Virus record (IMG/VR): IMGVR_UViG_3300023278_002893
Location: 1-64,000 of that record
DNA: 64,000 nt
Reading direction: 5' to 3' (one strand)
Positions within the stretch are counted from its first letter, which is position 1. The number at the start of each line of letters is the position of its first letter. A program made the position numbers and the translations under genes. Shown piece by piece: positions 51,517 to 61,106 of the stretch. A model generated the notes under the pieces. That model was not told the DNA's origin and did not search any database. It saw only the letters and a program-made list of their open reading frames with translations.

Positions 51517-51855
51517 TTATTCCTGACGCGCTACCTCTATCTTACGAAACAACTCATTGACAGTGGTGCATGTCTTACATGCATTTTCTGGATCATTCAG
51601 AGCTACAATCCAATATTCTTTCCAAGACTCTGCGTGTAATTCATTAGGGAAATCTGGAACTATGGCAACCGGACGGTCATCGAAAACAGATTCCTCTATG
51701 AAATGTGCGCCATAAACATCCGAGAACGCCCTAAGAACTTCAACATCAGCCATAATCACCACGTCCCAGACAGACTCGTCTACTTTTACCAGTACAAAAC
51801 TGGCCTTAACTGGTTCCGTTATCGCCATTATCGTCATCCTTTTTGGGAGGCGCAT
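51517..51855 (-). CDS. hypothetical protein
   Basis: 112 aa; true start probably a few codons downstream. Confidence 0.5.
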   Translation of the reverse strand: MRLPKRMTIMAITEPVKASFVLVKVDESVWDVVIMADVEVLRAFSDVYGAHFIEESVFDDRPVAIVPDFPNELHAESWKEYWIVALNDPENACKTCTTVNELFRKIEVARQE

Positions 51856-52423
51856 CCCCCTTGATTCTGTAGAGTGTGAAAGCTACCTTACCGGCTTGTA
51901 TTAGGTCTCGAATCTGTCTCTGCTTTTTACTAAGCTGGGACTTACCAGATTTGACCTCAACAAAGGTTATTAGGTCCCCATCGAAATGAACAAAATCAAT
52001 AGGGGCACCAATGAATCGTGCGGTTGCGGGGTCACATGGGTAACCCGACAGAAAAGGAGCCATCTGCTCCGCCACCAATCCCGTACGCACCTCTGAGGAT
52101 ATCTTTTGCCCTAGCAATTTATTATATTGATCTTCGGCGAAGCGTAACTTCTCATCCAATGCAGTAATAGTACCATTACGGTCGATAAGCTGCTCACCTG
52201 CTGCTGTTAGTGCGTGTGTCGCACGATCAACAGTTAGATCTTTTTCGCTGGCGGACCGGAGGAGCTCCTGAATCTTATCCTGAGACTTCTTGTACTCCGA
52301 GTCGCCCATCTCAAACAACACTTTGAACTCACGCCTCTGTGCGCGGGTAATCTGCAGCTCGCGTATTGCCCAGAGAAAACCCGCGAGCAATACCACAGCC
52401 AATATACTTAGTGCGATATCCAC
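51806..52423 (-). CDS. Holliday-junction-resolvase-like PD-(D/E)xK endonuclease with N-terminal TM and coiled coil
   Basis: G...EQMAPF, RFIGAPIDFVHF, FVEVKSGKSQLSKKQRQIRD. Confidence 0.8.
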   Translation of the reverse strand: MDIALSILAVVLLAGFLWAIRELQITRAQRREFKVLFEMGDSEYKKSQDKIQELLRSASEKDLTVDRATHALTAAGEQLIDRNGTITALDEKLRFAEDQYNKLLGQKISSEVRTGLVAEQMAPFLSGYPCDPATARFIGAPIDFVHFDGDLITFVEVKSGKSQLSKKQRQIRDLIQAGKVAFTLYRIKGDAPPKKDDDNGDNGTS

Positions 52424-52425
52424 AA

Positions 52426-52680
52426 TTACTCCCCTCGAATATTCTTATTGACTCGTCCGTAATAAGCCTTCCTGCGGGTGTCTTCATCTCTTTTGCCTAC
52501 CTTGCCTGTCTCCCTCAGACGCTCGACTCGACGGGCAAGACTCTTGACTGAACGCTGGCACCACATCATGTCCTCGCGCAAGTCCTCGTGAATCTCAAAG
52601 AGCTCACGGGCAGTCTTATTTTCAGCATTGCTGGCGATAAAATCATCTTCGGAAGGTGTAAATGTTACGCCTCTTACCAT
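52426..52680 (-). CDS. hypothetical protein
   Basis: AGGAG RBS before ATG at 52680 (MVRGVTF). Confidence 0.55.
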   Translation of the reverse strand: MVRGVTFTPSEDDFIASNAENKTARELFEIHEDLREDMMWCQRSVKSLARRVERLRETGKVGKRDEDTRRKAYYGRVNKNIRGE

Positions 52681-52690
52681 ATAATAACTC

Positions 52691-52945
52691 CTAGGGTCGG
52701 AACAATTCAAGTGCTGCTGAAGATACCTTGACATTCTCAACGGTTTTACCATCGTCTAATCTAATATCTACGGTACTCGCTGTAGGATCAACAGATCCCT
52801 GATTGAGGTCTGTTACTACGCCGAACTTACCTTGATATAGAATCTTGGTACCTACGACATAGACTCGTCCCTGAGCTACTGCTTGAAGTCGCTCCGACGC
52901 ACGCTCTAGGCGTGCATCAAATTCGTCTAGTTCTTTTTCTTTCAT
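52691..52945 (-). CDS. hypothetical protein (SH3-like)
   Basis: GGAGG RBS; VGTKILYQGKFGVV. Confidence 0.55.
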   Translation of the reverse strand: MKEKELDEFDARLERASERLQAVAQGRVYVVGTKILYQGKFGVVTDLNQGSVDPTASTVDIRLDDGKTVENVKVSSAALELFRP

Positions 52946-53004
52946 TGAATAGTACCTCCGGAATGCCAGCTAATCTTCTGGTATCTAGCCGACATAAATC
53001 CTTT

Positions 53005-53553
53005 CTAGGTAATCCATAAATCTCTAATTGATTTCTGATCTTCTTCTGGTGCATTCTCGTCGATCCAAAAAACCATCTTCCCTTCAGACTTCAGAAGCAA
53101 CTTCAATCTAACCGCAAGTTCTTCCAAGTCAAGGATGGTCTCCTCGTCCTCCAGGGTGTAGTGATCTACAAAAATGAAGTCATAGATACCCCCAACATCT
53201 ACTAGATGCTCGACCCATTTATAAATATCCATATGAAGAATGGTATGGCCACGAAGAGGGCGTCCGAATGCCTCAATCACCGCATCATTGGCTTCAATGG
53301 TAAGAAGGTGAGAGGCTTCTTTACGCGCCAGGATGGCCTTAGACGCGACACCCAGTCCCAGGCCAATTTCTAAACACCTGCCAATGGCGTACGGCATTAC
53401 ATGCTTGACGTACCAAGAACGCTCGGTGGTACTTGCGTACATAGTCTGATCAATGAATAGATATTTCTGGCCATCCATATCATAAATACGTACGTCGTCA
53501 TTCTGATATTCCAGGAACGCGTTCTCGTCCCAAAAGTCAAAAGCCCCTTTCAT
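53005..53553 (-). CDS. SAM-dependent methyltransferase (spermidine-synthase-like fold)
   Basis: LEIGLGLG, TIE, YDFIFVD. Confidence 0.75.
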   Translation of the reverse strand: MKGAFDFWDENAFLEYQNDDVRIYDMDGQKYLFIDQTMYASTTERSWYVKHVMPYAIGRCLEIGLGLGVASKAILARKEASHLLTIEANDAVIEAFGRPLRGHTILHMDIYKWVEHLVDVGGIYDFIFVDHYTLEDEETILDLEELAVRLKLLLKSEGKMVFWIDENAPEEDQKSIRDLWIT

Positions 53554-53720
53554 TTACACATATCCTTAGGATAAAAATAAGATCTCAGGTCAAATTTATC
53601 AACCTCATCACAGTGCTGTCCCCAATGTTTATCACAAACTTCCACGACCCTGCTGCGGTTGGGGCCAAATGCTGCGTACTGGATCACTGGAGGTTGTTTG
53701 CAGCGTCCGATATCACACAT
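53550..53720 (-). CDS. small Cys-containing protein, 56 aa
   Basis: AGGAG RBS; MCDIGRC...CDKH; ATGA coupling to the downstream methyltransferase. Confidence 0.5.
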   Translation of the reverse strand: MCDIGRCKQPPVIQYAAFGPNRSRVVEVCDKHWGQHCDEVDKFDLRSYFYPKDMCK

Positions 53721-53958
53721 TATCTAACCACTCCTGACATTCGTCTGAAACAAAGCAATGGCAGTAGGCGCACCATGCTTTATCGTGACCCCGGTACGTA
53801 TAGATGATGGGATTGAATCCGATAATAAGCTTGTCCCCATAAGGACTCTTACATCCCCGGTGCATAGGGCCAAAAGGACCCACCTGATGTTCCTCTGGGG
53901 TCAGGACATAAATCTCATCCTGCTCGATCAGGTGCGTACTCCCCCTCTCAAACATCAT
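53713..53958 (-). CDS. hypothetical protein
   Basis: ATG at 53958 (MMFERGS); CAYC motif. Confidence 0.5.
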   Translation of the reverse strand: MMFERGSTHLIEQDEIYVLTPEEHQVGPFGPMHRGCKSPYGDKLIIGFNPIIYTYRGHDKAWCAYCHCFVSDECQEWLDNV

Positions 53959-54154
53959 ACACCTCCCCGCACTCTGGACACGGTTGATACCACTTATACC
54001 CACAACCATAGCACCACCTTTGGTTAGGATTATGATCGTGAGGAGGATCCATCTTGAAATAACCCCTTGTTTGCTCCTCGATCACATTACTACCGCACTC
54101 AGGACAAATAGGAAATTCGGATTCTTTCTGCTTCGCACGTTCCCCATCACTCAT
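53948..54154 (-). CDS. small zinc-ribbon protein
   Basis: CPECG...CYGCG...CPECG. Confidence 0.6.
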   Translation of the reverse strand: MSDGERAKQKESEFPICPECGSNVIEEQTRGYFKMDPPHDHNPNQRWCYGCGYKWYQPCPECGEVYDV

Positions 54155-54201
54155 GTGGATTACTCCATTTCTGTCTCGCCATATCATAGGCTACCTTCCT
54201 T

Positions 54202-54696
54202 TTAGAAAGACATTTTTTCGAAATCCTTTATAAGATCCACGACCATGCCACATTCCTGAAACATAAGCAAAGTTCTATCTGTGGATTCCTTCCAACGTGC
54301 CGCTCTTTCCGGATCAACTTCGAACATATTACCCTGATCCCAAACACATCTGATAATGCCAGACTGGATGAGCGATCGAGCACAATCACAACAGGGGCAC
54401 CCCGTGATGTACGCTGTGGCACCCTTCAACGCAGTGCCAACTCGGGCTGCATTGTATATTGCATTTCTCTCCCCGTGCTCATACCAGGAGTACTTCTCAG
54501 GACGCTCATTTCGCTCTGGGAGGTCATCATTTACACCTCTAGGTAGTCCGTTATACCCTGTGGTTAAAATCTCCTTGTCAGCTCCTACAATGACCGTACC
54601 GCACTGGGTGCTGGGGTCTTTAGATTTCTGCGCCACAAAATAGGCCATGGTCAAAAAGTAAGTGTCCCATCTAGCCTGGCTCTCCGTAATACTCAT
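54202..54696 (-). CDS. dCMP deaminase
   Basis: SKDPSTQCG, TGYNG, HGERNAI, PCCDCA. Confidence 0.93.
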   Translation of the reverse strand: MSITESQARWDTYFLTMAYFVAQKSKDPSTQCGTVIVGADKEILTTGYNGLPRGVNDDLPERNERPEKYSWYEHGERNAIYNAARVGTALKGATAYITGCPCCDCARSLIQSGIIRCVWDQGNMFEVDPERAARWKESTDRTLLMFQECGMVVDLIKDFEKMSF

Positions 54697-54709
54697 GTCT
54701 TTCTCCTAT

Positions 54710-55486
54710 TTATGGTACAATGCTGGTCCCGGAAAAGGTAATTCCAAGTCCGGGGAATGGAAATGTAGAACCCACCGCCTGATCTATCAGAGATCCGTTA
54801 GGAGCTGTGTCCGACGGATCATCCATACTAAACCAAAGCTGTAGTTTATGGGCGTCGGGAAGGTTCTTGAAATCCACACCGCCGCGAACACCCCCATTGT
54901 ATATGCCTGAAATTGTTGTAGGGGTAATCACAGTACGCCAAATAGCAATGTCATCCAGATCTCCTTCGAAGAAATCTGTAAGGGTACCGGAGAGAAGAGG
55001 ACGTGCGCCAATAACCACATCGTGCTCTGCGGGGGTAAAGACATCAGTGATTCCATCTTCCCACTGAACGCCTGAGTTATCCTCACCGTCCAGGTAGATC
55101 TTAGCATCAGCAAAATTACGAACCCGATCTCTGCCCTCATCCTGCCTTAGATACCGCGCACCTCCCTCATAAGTAAATACAAGGTGGTGCCATTCCCCAT
55201 CAAGAATGCCGGACGACGTCTCGCGATAGGAAGACTTACTGAAGAGCTGAACCTTACCTCCGCGACTCAATCTAATACGATTCTGATAGCCGTCCTCTGC
55301 TTCTGGGGTAAAACCATCACCCCAATACATAATAGAACTGGCGATACCACTCTGAGTAGAACGAACCCAGAAAGCCATGGAGCGGGGTTCGTACCCGTCA
55401 GCACTTCTACCCACACCTGAGACGCCTTTGTAGCCAGAAGCCACCACGTACGCACCTGCGTCCCCATCAAGATGTAGGTAGCTCAT
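54710..55486 (-). CDS. LamG/concanavalin-A-like domain protein
   Basis: SMAFWV, DGEWHHLVFTY, IYLDG, FEGDLDDIAIW. Confidence 0.82.
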   Translation of the reverse strand: MSYLHLDGDAGAYVVASGYKGVSGVGRSADGYEPRSMAFWVRSTQSGIASSIMYWGDGFTPEAEDGYQNRIRLSRGGKVQLFSKSSYRETSSGILDGEWHHLVFTYEGGARYLRQDEGRDRVRNFADAKIYLDGEDNSGVQWEDGITDVFTPAEHDVVIGARPLLSGTLTDFFEGDLDDIAIWRTVITPTTISGIYNGGVRGGVDFKNLPDAHKLQLWFSMDDPSDTAPNGSLIDQAVGSTFPFPGLGITFSGTSIVP

Positions 55487-55496
55487 TGATTATAAC

Positions 55497-55757
55497 CTAT
55501 TCGAAAAGTTTATTTTGTGCGTCGAGCATTTCTTTCCACTCAGCCGCCACATATAGGGACTTGCCTGGTTTATTAGTGGTGATGGATATCTTATCCGCGC
55601 CCTCGATCACCATCTCCCTATCTACCAACTCCTTGATAGCCGGCCCTGATACATTGTTCTGAAGCTTCAGTGCATCCCTCACCTCAGTTCGACACGAACC
55701 GGGGTTACTTTGGATGTAGAAAAATATCTGATCGCGCAACGAAGTATTCAATGACAT
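55497..55757 (-). CDS. winged-helix (MarR-like) DNA-binding protein
   Basis: I..YIQSNPG.CR.EV...L.L....SG.AIKELVD. Confidence 0.6.
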   Translation of the reverse strand: MSLNTSLRDQIFFYIQSNPGSCRTEVRDALKLQNNVSGPAIKELVDREMVIEGADKISITTNKPGKSLYVAAEWKEMLDAQNKLFE

Positions 55758-57268
55758 ATAGTTTGGCTTTCCTTCCCGTGTTTGAGAATAAAATCAGGCA
55801 AACCCTGACCCATTGAGTGCTCGTATCTAAGTGCGGGAGCACCTGGGTTGAAAGGAATGTTGAGTTTATTCCGGACATCGTCCTCTACCCAATCTCTTAG
55901 CTTGACGATCTCCTTAGAACTCAAGTAATCTGTAAAGACAAATGATTTATAACCTCCCTCAGGATCACCTTTGTAATAATCAGCAGTTACCGTGTAGTCT
56001 ATATCCCAAGAGTGAAGTCTATCACCTGTTTGGGGCTGCGTATATGTAAAAATTACCCCACCATCGGCCGCCTTGTCTGAGGGAACTGCCTCATCATAGT
56101 AGGGAGTGCCGGGATAGGTTGTGATGACGGTACAATCAAAATCCTCAGGCTGCACCTCCAAAAGCCAATCATGTACTGCGGTTATGGACTCCTCGCTTTC
56201 TCCAGGATGTCCCACAGACATAAGCGCCTTGACCTTCAGGTTGTTATCCTTAGCCACCTCAACACAGCGGGTGTTGTCTTCCAACGTGGCCCTCTTCTTG
56301 ATGTTCTTCAAGATCCTAGGAGATGCACCCTCATACCCACACAGGAGCCATCTAAATCCCGCTCTATACAGAGCTACCGCTTGCTCCGCATTGAAAAGTT
56401 CTGATTTTACAAAACCTCTGAGTCTGAAATCTACACCCCGTCGATCCTGAAGATCTGAGATACTATTCATCAACTCAATCATGTTCGGATTAACATTCAA
56501 CTCGTCATCATAGAACATGAAACCGGTGTATCCGTAAGTGTCGTGTAGGAATTCTATCTCCTTGACAACAGACTCTGTGGTTCTTGTTCTAATCACACGA
56601 AGGGCCTTGCTGTTTCTTCCTCCACAGAATCCGCAGGTGAAAGGACACCCCAACTGGGCGATCAGACTGGTAGCGCTGTGGTCTTCGATAGTATAATTGT
56701 AAGAAGACATACTGACCAGCTCCCTCGCGGGATAAGGAGTGCTGTCGTATTGTTTATTGCTCATAAACAACCCAGTCTTAGGATCATCTCCATCCACAAT
56801 AGTAGGGGAATCATCCTCGATTGCACGGAGAACAGAAAACTCTCCATCTCCGGGACACAAAACATCAACCATGCTCTCTAATTTCTCCTTAGCGTGGAAA
56901 GCACGACCTCCTATGATCTTCTTTCTCTGTTCCAATTTGAATGCAGCTAGGGCCAGCGTCACGTGCGGCCCGCCCAGTATGATCTTCACGTCCGGGCGGA
57001 ACTTTCTAATCGTGGCAACCATGTCAATTGCTGCGGGTAGTTGTGGAGTAGTAGCAGTCACCCCCACTATAGTAGATTCACTTGTGGGTAAGTAGCCCTT
57101 CAAAGACTCAATGTAATTACTTACCCCTGAAAGATCTAGGAAACTCACAAAATGGCCTGCCTCCTTCAAGACAGCGGCCACTTTCAAAATACCCAGACTA
57201 ACAAAGACCCTCTCATCTAGAAGGAACGGGGAGGGCGGAGTTATAAGTGTTATAGATTTGCTTTGCAT
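55748..57268 (-). CDS. B12-binding-domain radical SAM enzyme
   Basis: VGVTATTPQ, ILGGPHVT, GCPFTCGFC (CxxxCxxC), FYDDE, GYEG. Confidence 0.92.
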   Translation of the reverse strand: MQSKSITLITPPSPFLLDERVFVSLGILKVAAVLKEAGHFVSFLDLSGVSNYIESLKGYLPTSESTIVGVTATTPQLPAAIDMVATIRKFRPDVKIILGGPHVTLALAAFKLEQRKKIIGGRAFHAKEKLESMVDVLCPGDGEFSVLRAIEDDSPTIVDGDDPKTGLFMSNKQYDSTPYPARELVSMSSYNYTIEDHSATSLIAQLGCPFTCGFCGGRNSKALRVIRTRTTESVVKEIEFLHDTYGYTGFMFYDDELNVNPNMIELMNSISDLQDRRGVDFRLRGFVKSELFNAEQAVALYRAGFRWLLCGYEGASPRILKNIKKRATLEDNTRCVEVAKDNNLKVKALMSVGHPGESEESITAVHDWLLEVQPEDFDCTVITTYPGTPYYDEAVPSDKAADGGVIFTYTQPQTGDRLHSWDIDYTVTADYYKGDPEGGYKSFVFTDYLSSKEIVKLRDWVEDDVRNKLNIPFNPGAPALRYEHSMGQGLPDFILKHGKESQTICH

Positions 57269-57278
57269 GCATCAAGCC

Positions 57279-57890
57279 CTATACGTAAAGTAGTCCGATG
57301 CCACGCCCGCCCTTTGGGACAGGAAGCATCTTCTTATTTCCCTCTAATTCTTCCCAGAAACGGCCTACATCATTAGGACAGAATACGACATCATCAAAAG
57401 CGATTATTCCTCCCGGACGAACCAAGGGACTGTACATCTCGTAATCTCTTTTAACAGGCAGGTAGCCGTGGTCACCGTCGATGAATAGAAAATCTATGGG
57501 CCCGCCGAATAATTCTTTGACCTTATCCAGAGTTTCCGGGTAACCGGAATTACTAAGCAATAGAGTAAGATTTGATACAGACCGGGCCAAGTAATTGCCA
57601 TAGTTCTCATCCAGCATAGAAACAGGGTGGTGGTTGGCTACCAACTCAGGTGTATCTAAAGTAACAACCTGCCCTCCGGGGCCTGCAACATTGTCCCAAA
57701 AGACAGCACTCCCACCGTGATTGGCCCCTATTTCTAGAATTTTATCAGGATCTAGAACCTGAAGCTCACTAATAAGAGTAAAAAATTCCTCTTTGTGCGT
57801 CAGTAGCCAATGACCACACCACTGCTGCCTCCTATCGTAGCTGTTACGTGCGGGAGAATTATATATAGCGTCAAACTCTTCTCGATTCAT
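57279..57890 (-). CDS. class I SAM methyltransferase (Methyltransf_24-like)
   Basis: ILEIGANHGGS, IDFLFIDGDH.Y..VKRDY..Y..LVRPGG. Confidence 0.9.
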   Translation of the reverse strand: MNREEFDAIYNSPARNSYDRRQQWCGHWLLTHKEEFFTLISELQVLDPDKILEIGANHGGSAVFWDNVAGPGGQVVTLDTPELVANHHPVSMLDENYGNYLARSVSNLTLLLSNSGYPETLDKVKELFGGPIDFLFIDGDHGYLPVKRDYEMYSPLVRPGGIIAFDDVVFCPNDVGRFWEELEGNKKMLPVPKGGRGIGLLYV

Positions 57891-57891
57891 T

Positions 57892-58893
57892 TTATTGTAA
57901 AACCTCCATTTGTTCCAGGATCTTCTCAAAGGCCTTGATTGCCTGAGGTTCCCTGTGTCCGAAGAAACGATCTTGGTATCTATCCCACGCCTGGTTGTAA
58001 AAATCTCTGTCCAGCCAAAATCTCTCCATCAACTCTACTACCTGATCTTCTGTGGTAACTCCCGGATCCGGCAAACACATATCCGTACCCGCAACGCAGT
58101 AAGCCAACCCCATAGATGAGTGCGCGAGGGGGAGGGCTCTACAAAAAAGAGCATCAACCGTGCTAGCCACTGCGCCGGCAACGCCTAATGATAGCTTAGA
58201 GGAGGACATCACATCTAGTATTCCTGAAAATCTAGGTGCTTTGACTTCTCTGACCGAACTTATACGACTAAATATTTCCTGAGCCTGCTGGGGAGCCTTT
58301 TTTATCTGACAGCCGCGCTCCGAAGGCTGGACCAGGTTGAAAGTAAAATCAGCTTTCTTATCTAAAGCCTCTATTGCCTTCAAAAAGTACATGCCGATTC
58401 TAGGAACACGCTCACACCGGGCTCCTAGCTCAGGGCACCAGATCTCTTTAGCCGCCCAAGTTATCTCTGTTCTGTCGAAGGGCACATCAGTGAGGTCTTT
58501 GTCAATCATATCGTCACTAAAGGGAATGGACATAGGCACTCCCAAATACCCAACCTCCTCACCCATATCACGCAATCTTTCGTAATAATCATAGTACATT
58601 GAAGCAATTACACAATTATTATTCTGGTAACAAGGGAAGGGAGCTATGGTTTCCTTAGAAGGAATACCACAATACATATGTATGTGTTTTACCTCCGGAT
58701 CACACTCGTTCTGGTTGAGACCGCACAGTAGGTGCAGGTCATGGTCAGAGCGCATGTAGTGTCCGGACACATTCTCACTTTCGTATCCATTTTTTCTAAG
58801 GATGTGGTTCCAATGCAACCCCCATCTAGTTTCGCCTCGGCCTGGGGCATCCAAACCGCCCCCGTGTCCTCCCGCATGAACTGCTATTTTCAT
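57892..58893 (-). CDS. GT-B-fold-like protein, paralog of 61107..62111
   Basis: MKIAV start; shared E.R...W, F.RTEI.W and ER.W.D..FY motifs. Confidence 0.55.
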   Translation of the reverse strand: MKIAVHAGGHGGGLDAPGRGETRWGLHWNHILRKNGYESENVSGHYMRSDHDLHLLCGLNQNECDPEVKHIHMYCGIPSKETIAPFPCYQNNNCVIASMYYDYYERLRDMGEEVGYLGVPMSIPFSDDMIDKDLTDVPFDRTEITWAAKEIWCPELGARCERVPRIGMYFLKAIEALDKKADFTFNLVQPSERGCQIKKAPQQAQEIFSRISSVREVKAPRFSGILDVMSSSKLSLGVAGAVASTVDALFCRALPLAHSSMGLAYCVAGTDMCLPDPGVTTEDQVVELMERFWLDRDFYNQAWDRYQDRFFGHREPQAIKAFEKILEQMEVLQ

Positions 58894-59585
58894 ACTAAGC
58901 CCTTCCTTTTTATTATTTCTTCAGCGTCAAGTACATATCCCGCTGGTTTATTCCACAGAGCCATGCCCTGCCTGTAGGGAACACTGCACCCCATCTTAGG
59001 CTCAGGTAATTCTCGGTAAAGCTCCTGACACCCACAGTTCTCGTTGTCCATAGTATAAACATCAGCAACGCATAGAAGACCCCCGTCACGAAAATAGTGC
59101 TGGAAGTTACCGTAGTCTCTTACGGGAGTAGGCCCATAGTGTTGTCCGTCATGAAAAATGAAATCTATTTGGCGGCCATTCAAAATACCTTCCACAACAC
59201 TCTTAGTTTCTAAAGAACAACTATCCCCAAGCACTAGATAAATGTCCCTGTCACTTACCATCTTGACAACATTACCTTTCTGGAACTCCACCTCCCAATC
59301 TGAATACCATCCCTTGGAATCAGCCTGAAGCTGATGTGTTGGAATATTACCAGTCAAGCGACCAACGGTCTTAGGTGAATCATCCAAAGCAATAACCAAT
59401 CCGCCCACAGGAACTGACTTCTCCCACAACCTGAGGCTTCCTCCGAACCCAACACCTACCTCAAGAATGACATTCAAGGGACTCAAAGCATTCACATGGG
59501 ACATCAACCCCACTATCTCATCCATAAAATTACCAATGGGCATTGTATTCCAAATCTGATCCAAGTCTTCCCGGGTTACACTCAT
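58890..59585 (-). CDS. class I SAM methyltransferase (Methyltransf_24-like)
   Basis: ILEVGVGFGGSL, IDFIFHDGQH. Confidence 0.85.
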   Translation of the reverse strand: MSVTREDLDQIWNTMPIGNFMDEIVGLMSHVNALSPLNVILEVGVGFGGSLRLWEKSVPVGGLVIALDDSPKTVGRLTGNIPTHQLQADSKGWYSDWEVEFQKGNVVKMVSDRDIYLVLGDSCSLETKSVVEGILNGRQIDFIFHDGQHYGPTPVRDYGNFQHYFRDGGLLCVADVYTMDNENCGCQELYRELPEPKMGCSVPYRQGMALWNKPAGYVLDAEEIIKRKGLV

Positions 59586-60157
59586 TTATAAACCACCCCT
59601 ATGCCGTGAGTTAGTTCTATCGAGTCTTTTGGCTCTTCGATTTCCAAAAAGAACCTGCGAACCTGAATCTCAGTCTCATAGACTACATCATGAAACGCGA
59701 CCAGACCTCCCGGCCTTACCAGAGGGCCATATGTTTCATAATCCTGCTTGGCCCCCTCGTAGGTATGATCTCCGTCGATAAATAGAAAATCAATACTACC
59801 CTCCATTCTATCTGAGATCATTTTGAATATCTCAGGATCGTGAGAGTCTCCCTTCAACATTAAAACTTCTGACACACTATTCGAGAAGTCTAAAGTAATA
59901 CCATGGTGTTCCCACATATCAACGCTCAAGGTAGTACCCCCCTCGCCCACGACCTGATCCCAAAAGAACAAAGTTCCTCCATGGGCTGAGCCAATCTCCA
60001 CAACCTTCTTTGGCTTGATCGCTACCAGCTTCTCCAATATCCACCACAACTCTCTCTCATCTTGCTGGGCCCACCATCCATAAGTTTCCTTACCGTTACC
60101 GTCCCAGTCGTTGCGCGCTACTGTATTACACAATAAATCAAATCTTCTCTTATCCAT
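59582..60157 (-). CDS. class I SAM methyltransferase (Methyltransf_24-like)
   Basis: VVEIGSAHGGTL, IDFLFIDGDHTYEG...DY...GPLVRPGG..AFHD. Confidence 0.92.
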   Translation of the reverse strand: MDKRRFDLLCNTVARNDWDGNGKETYGWWAQQDERELWWILEKLVAIKPKKVVEIGSAHGGTLFFWDQVVGEGGTTLSVDMWEHHGITLDFSNSVSEVLMLKGDSHDPEIFKMISDRMEGSIDFLFIDGDHTYEGAKQDYETYGPLVRPGGLVAFHDVVYETEIQVRRFFLEIEEPKDSIELTHGIGVVYK

Positions 60158-61104
60158 TACGAATTACCCCTGTATGCATCAATGTGTTTATCCACCAGGT
60201 CTCGCCAGATGGACTGACCAAAAACTTCTAACTTAGACCAATCATACCCACCATCCCCAAGCTTAGCGGCGTCGAAATACTTATTCCAAGAACCTATGTT
60301 GTGGATACCGTGCTCTTCCAGATACTGATCGTGGGAAAGAGGGTATCTTCTATTCTTACGTTCTATAGACGCTACCTTATATGCGTCGTCGGGTACTCCG
60401 AATATATGAGGATAAGACTGGTCGTAAGGACTGGCCTGTCCTGTAGAATTGACGAAGTTCTCCTCCCTATCAATGTTTCTTATAGCATCGGGCCCGTCTT
60501 GGAAAAAAGTGGCACTAAAATAACCCCGCTGAAGAAGACTGTAAATAAATGAGATGTCCCCGCCATTATTATATACCTGGGGGAAACCATCATTCTCCAA
60601 CCACCTTTCTTTGCGGAAAGAAAAATAACCCGGGGCTTGAGGATTAGATCCCAATCCCAGGACATGGTCACCCGCCTTAACCAACAATACATTTTCCGAC
60701 AAAGCTTCGGTGCGTTGCATGCCGGCCGTAGCCGTTCCAACATAGGGGATGTCCAAAACTTCTTTAATCTGTTTAAAACACGGTCTCGTAATTAATGTAT
60801 CATTGTTTAAGAATAGAATGTAGTCACTATTGGCCAGTGAAACCGCCTTGTTAGCAGAAGCCGAGAACCCCATGTTAATACCTGTGTTAAAAATACAAGT
60901 ACTGGTCATCTCATGCATCTGATAAATCTGATTTCTCAACTCTCTCGGACTTGCGTCCTCATTAACAATAATTTCGAAGGGCATGTCTGCATATTGGTGA
61001 ATAGATTCTAATAGATTTCTAGTATGGTCGGGTCTCATGTACGACAACACAACGATACTGATGAACTGATCGGTTGCCAAAGGTTTATCAAAATCTAAAA
61101 ACAT
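60157..61104 (-). CDS. family 2 glycosyltransferase
   Basis: ISIVVLSY, EIIVNEDAS, N.GFSASAN, YILFLNND. Confidence 0.88.
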   Translation of the reverse strand: MFLDFDKPLATDQFISIVVLSYMRPDHTRNLLESIHQYADMPFEIIVNEDASPRELRNQIYQMHEMTSTCIFNTGINMGFSASANKAVSLANSDYILFLNNDTLITRPCFKQIKEVLDIPYVGTATAGMQRTEALSENVLLVKAGDHVLGLGSNPQAPGYFSFRKERWLENDGFPQVYNNGGDISFIYSLLQRGYFSATFFQDGPDAIRNIDREENFVNSTGQASPYDQSYPHIFGVPDDAYKVASIERKNRRYPLSHDQYLEEHGIHNIGSWNKYFDAAKLGDGGYDWSKLEVFGQSIWRDLVDKHIDAYRGNS

Positions 61105-61106
61105 AT

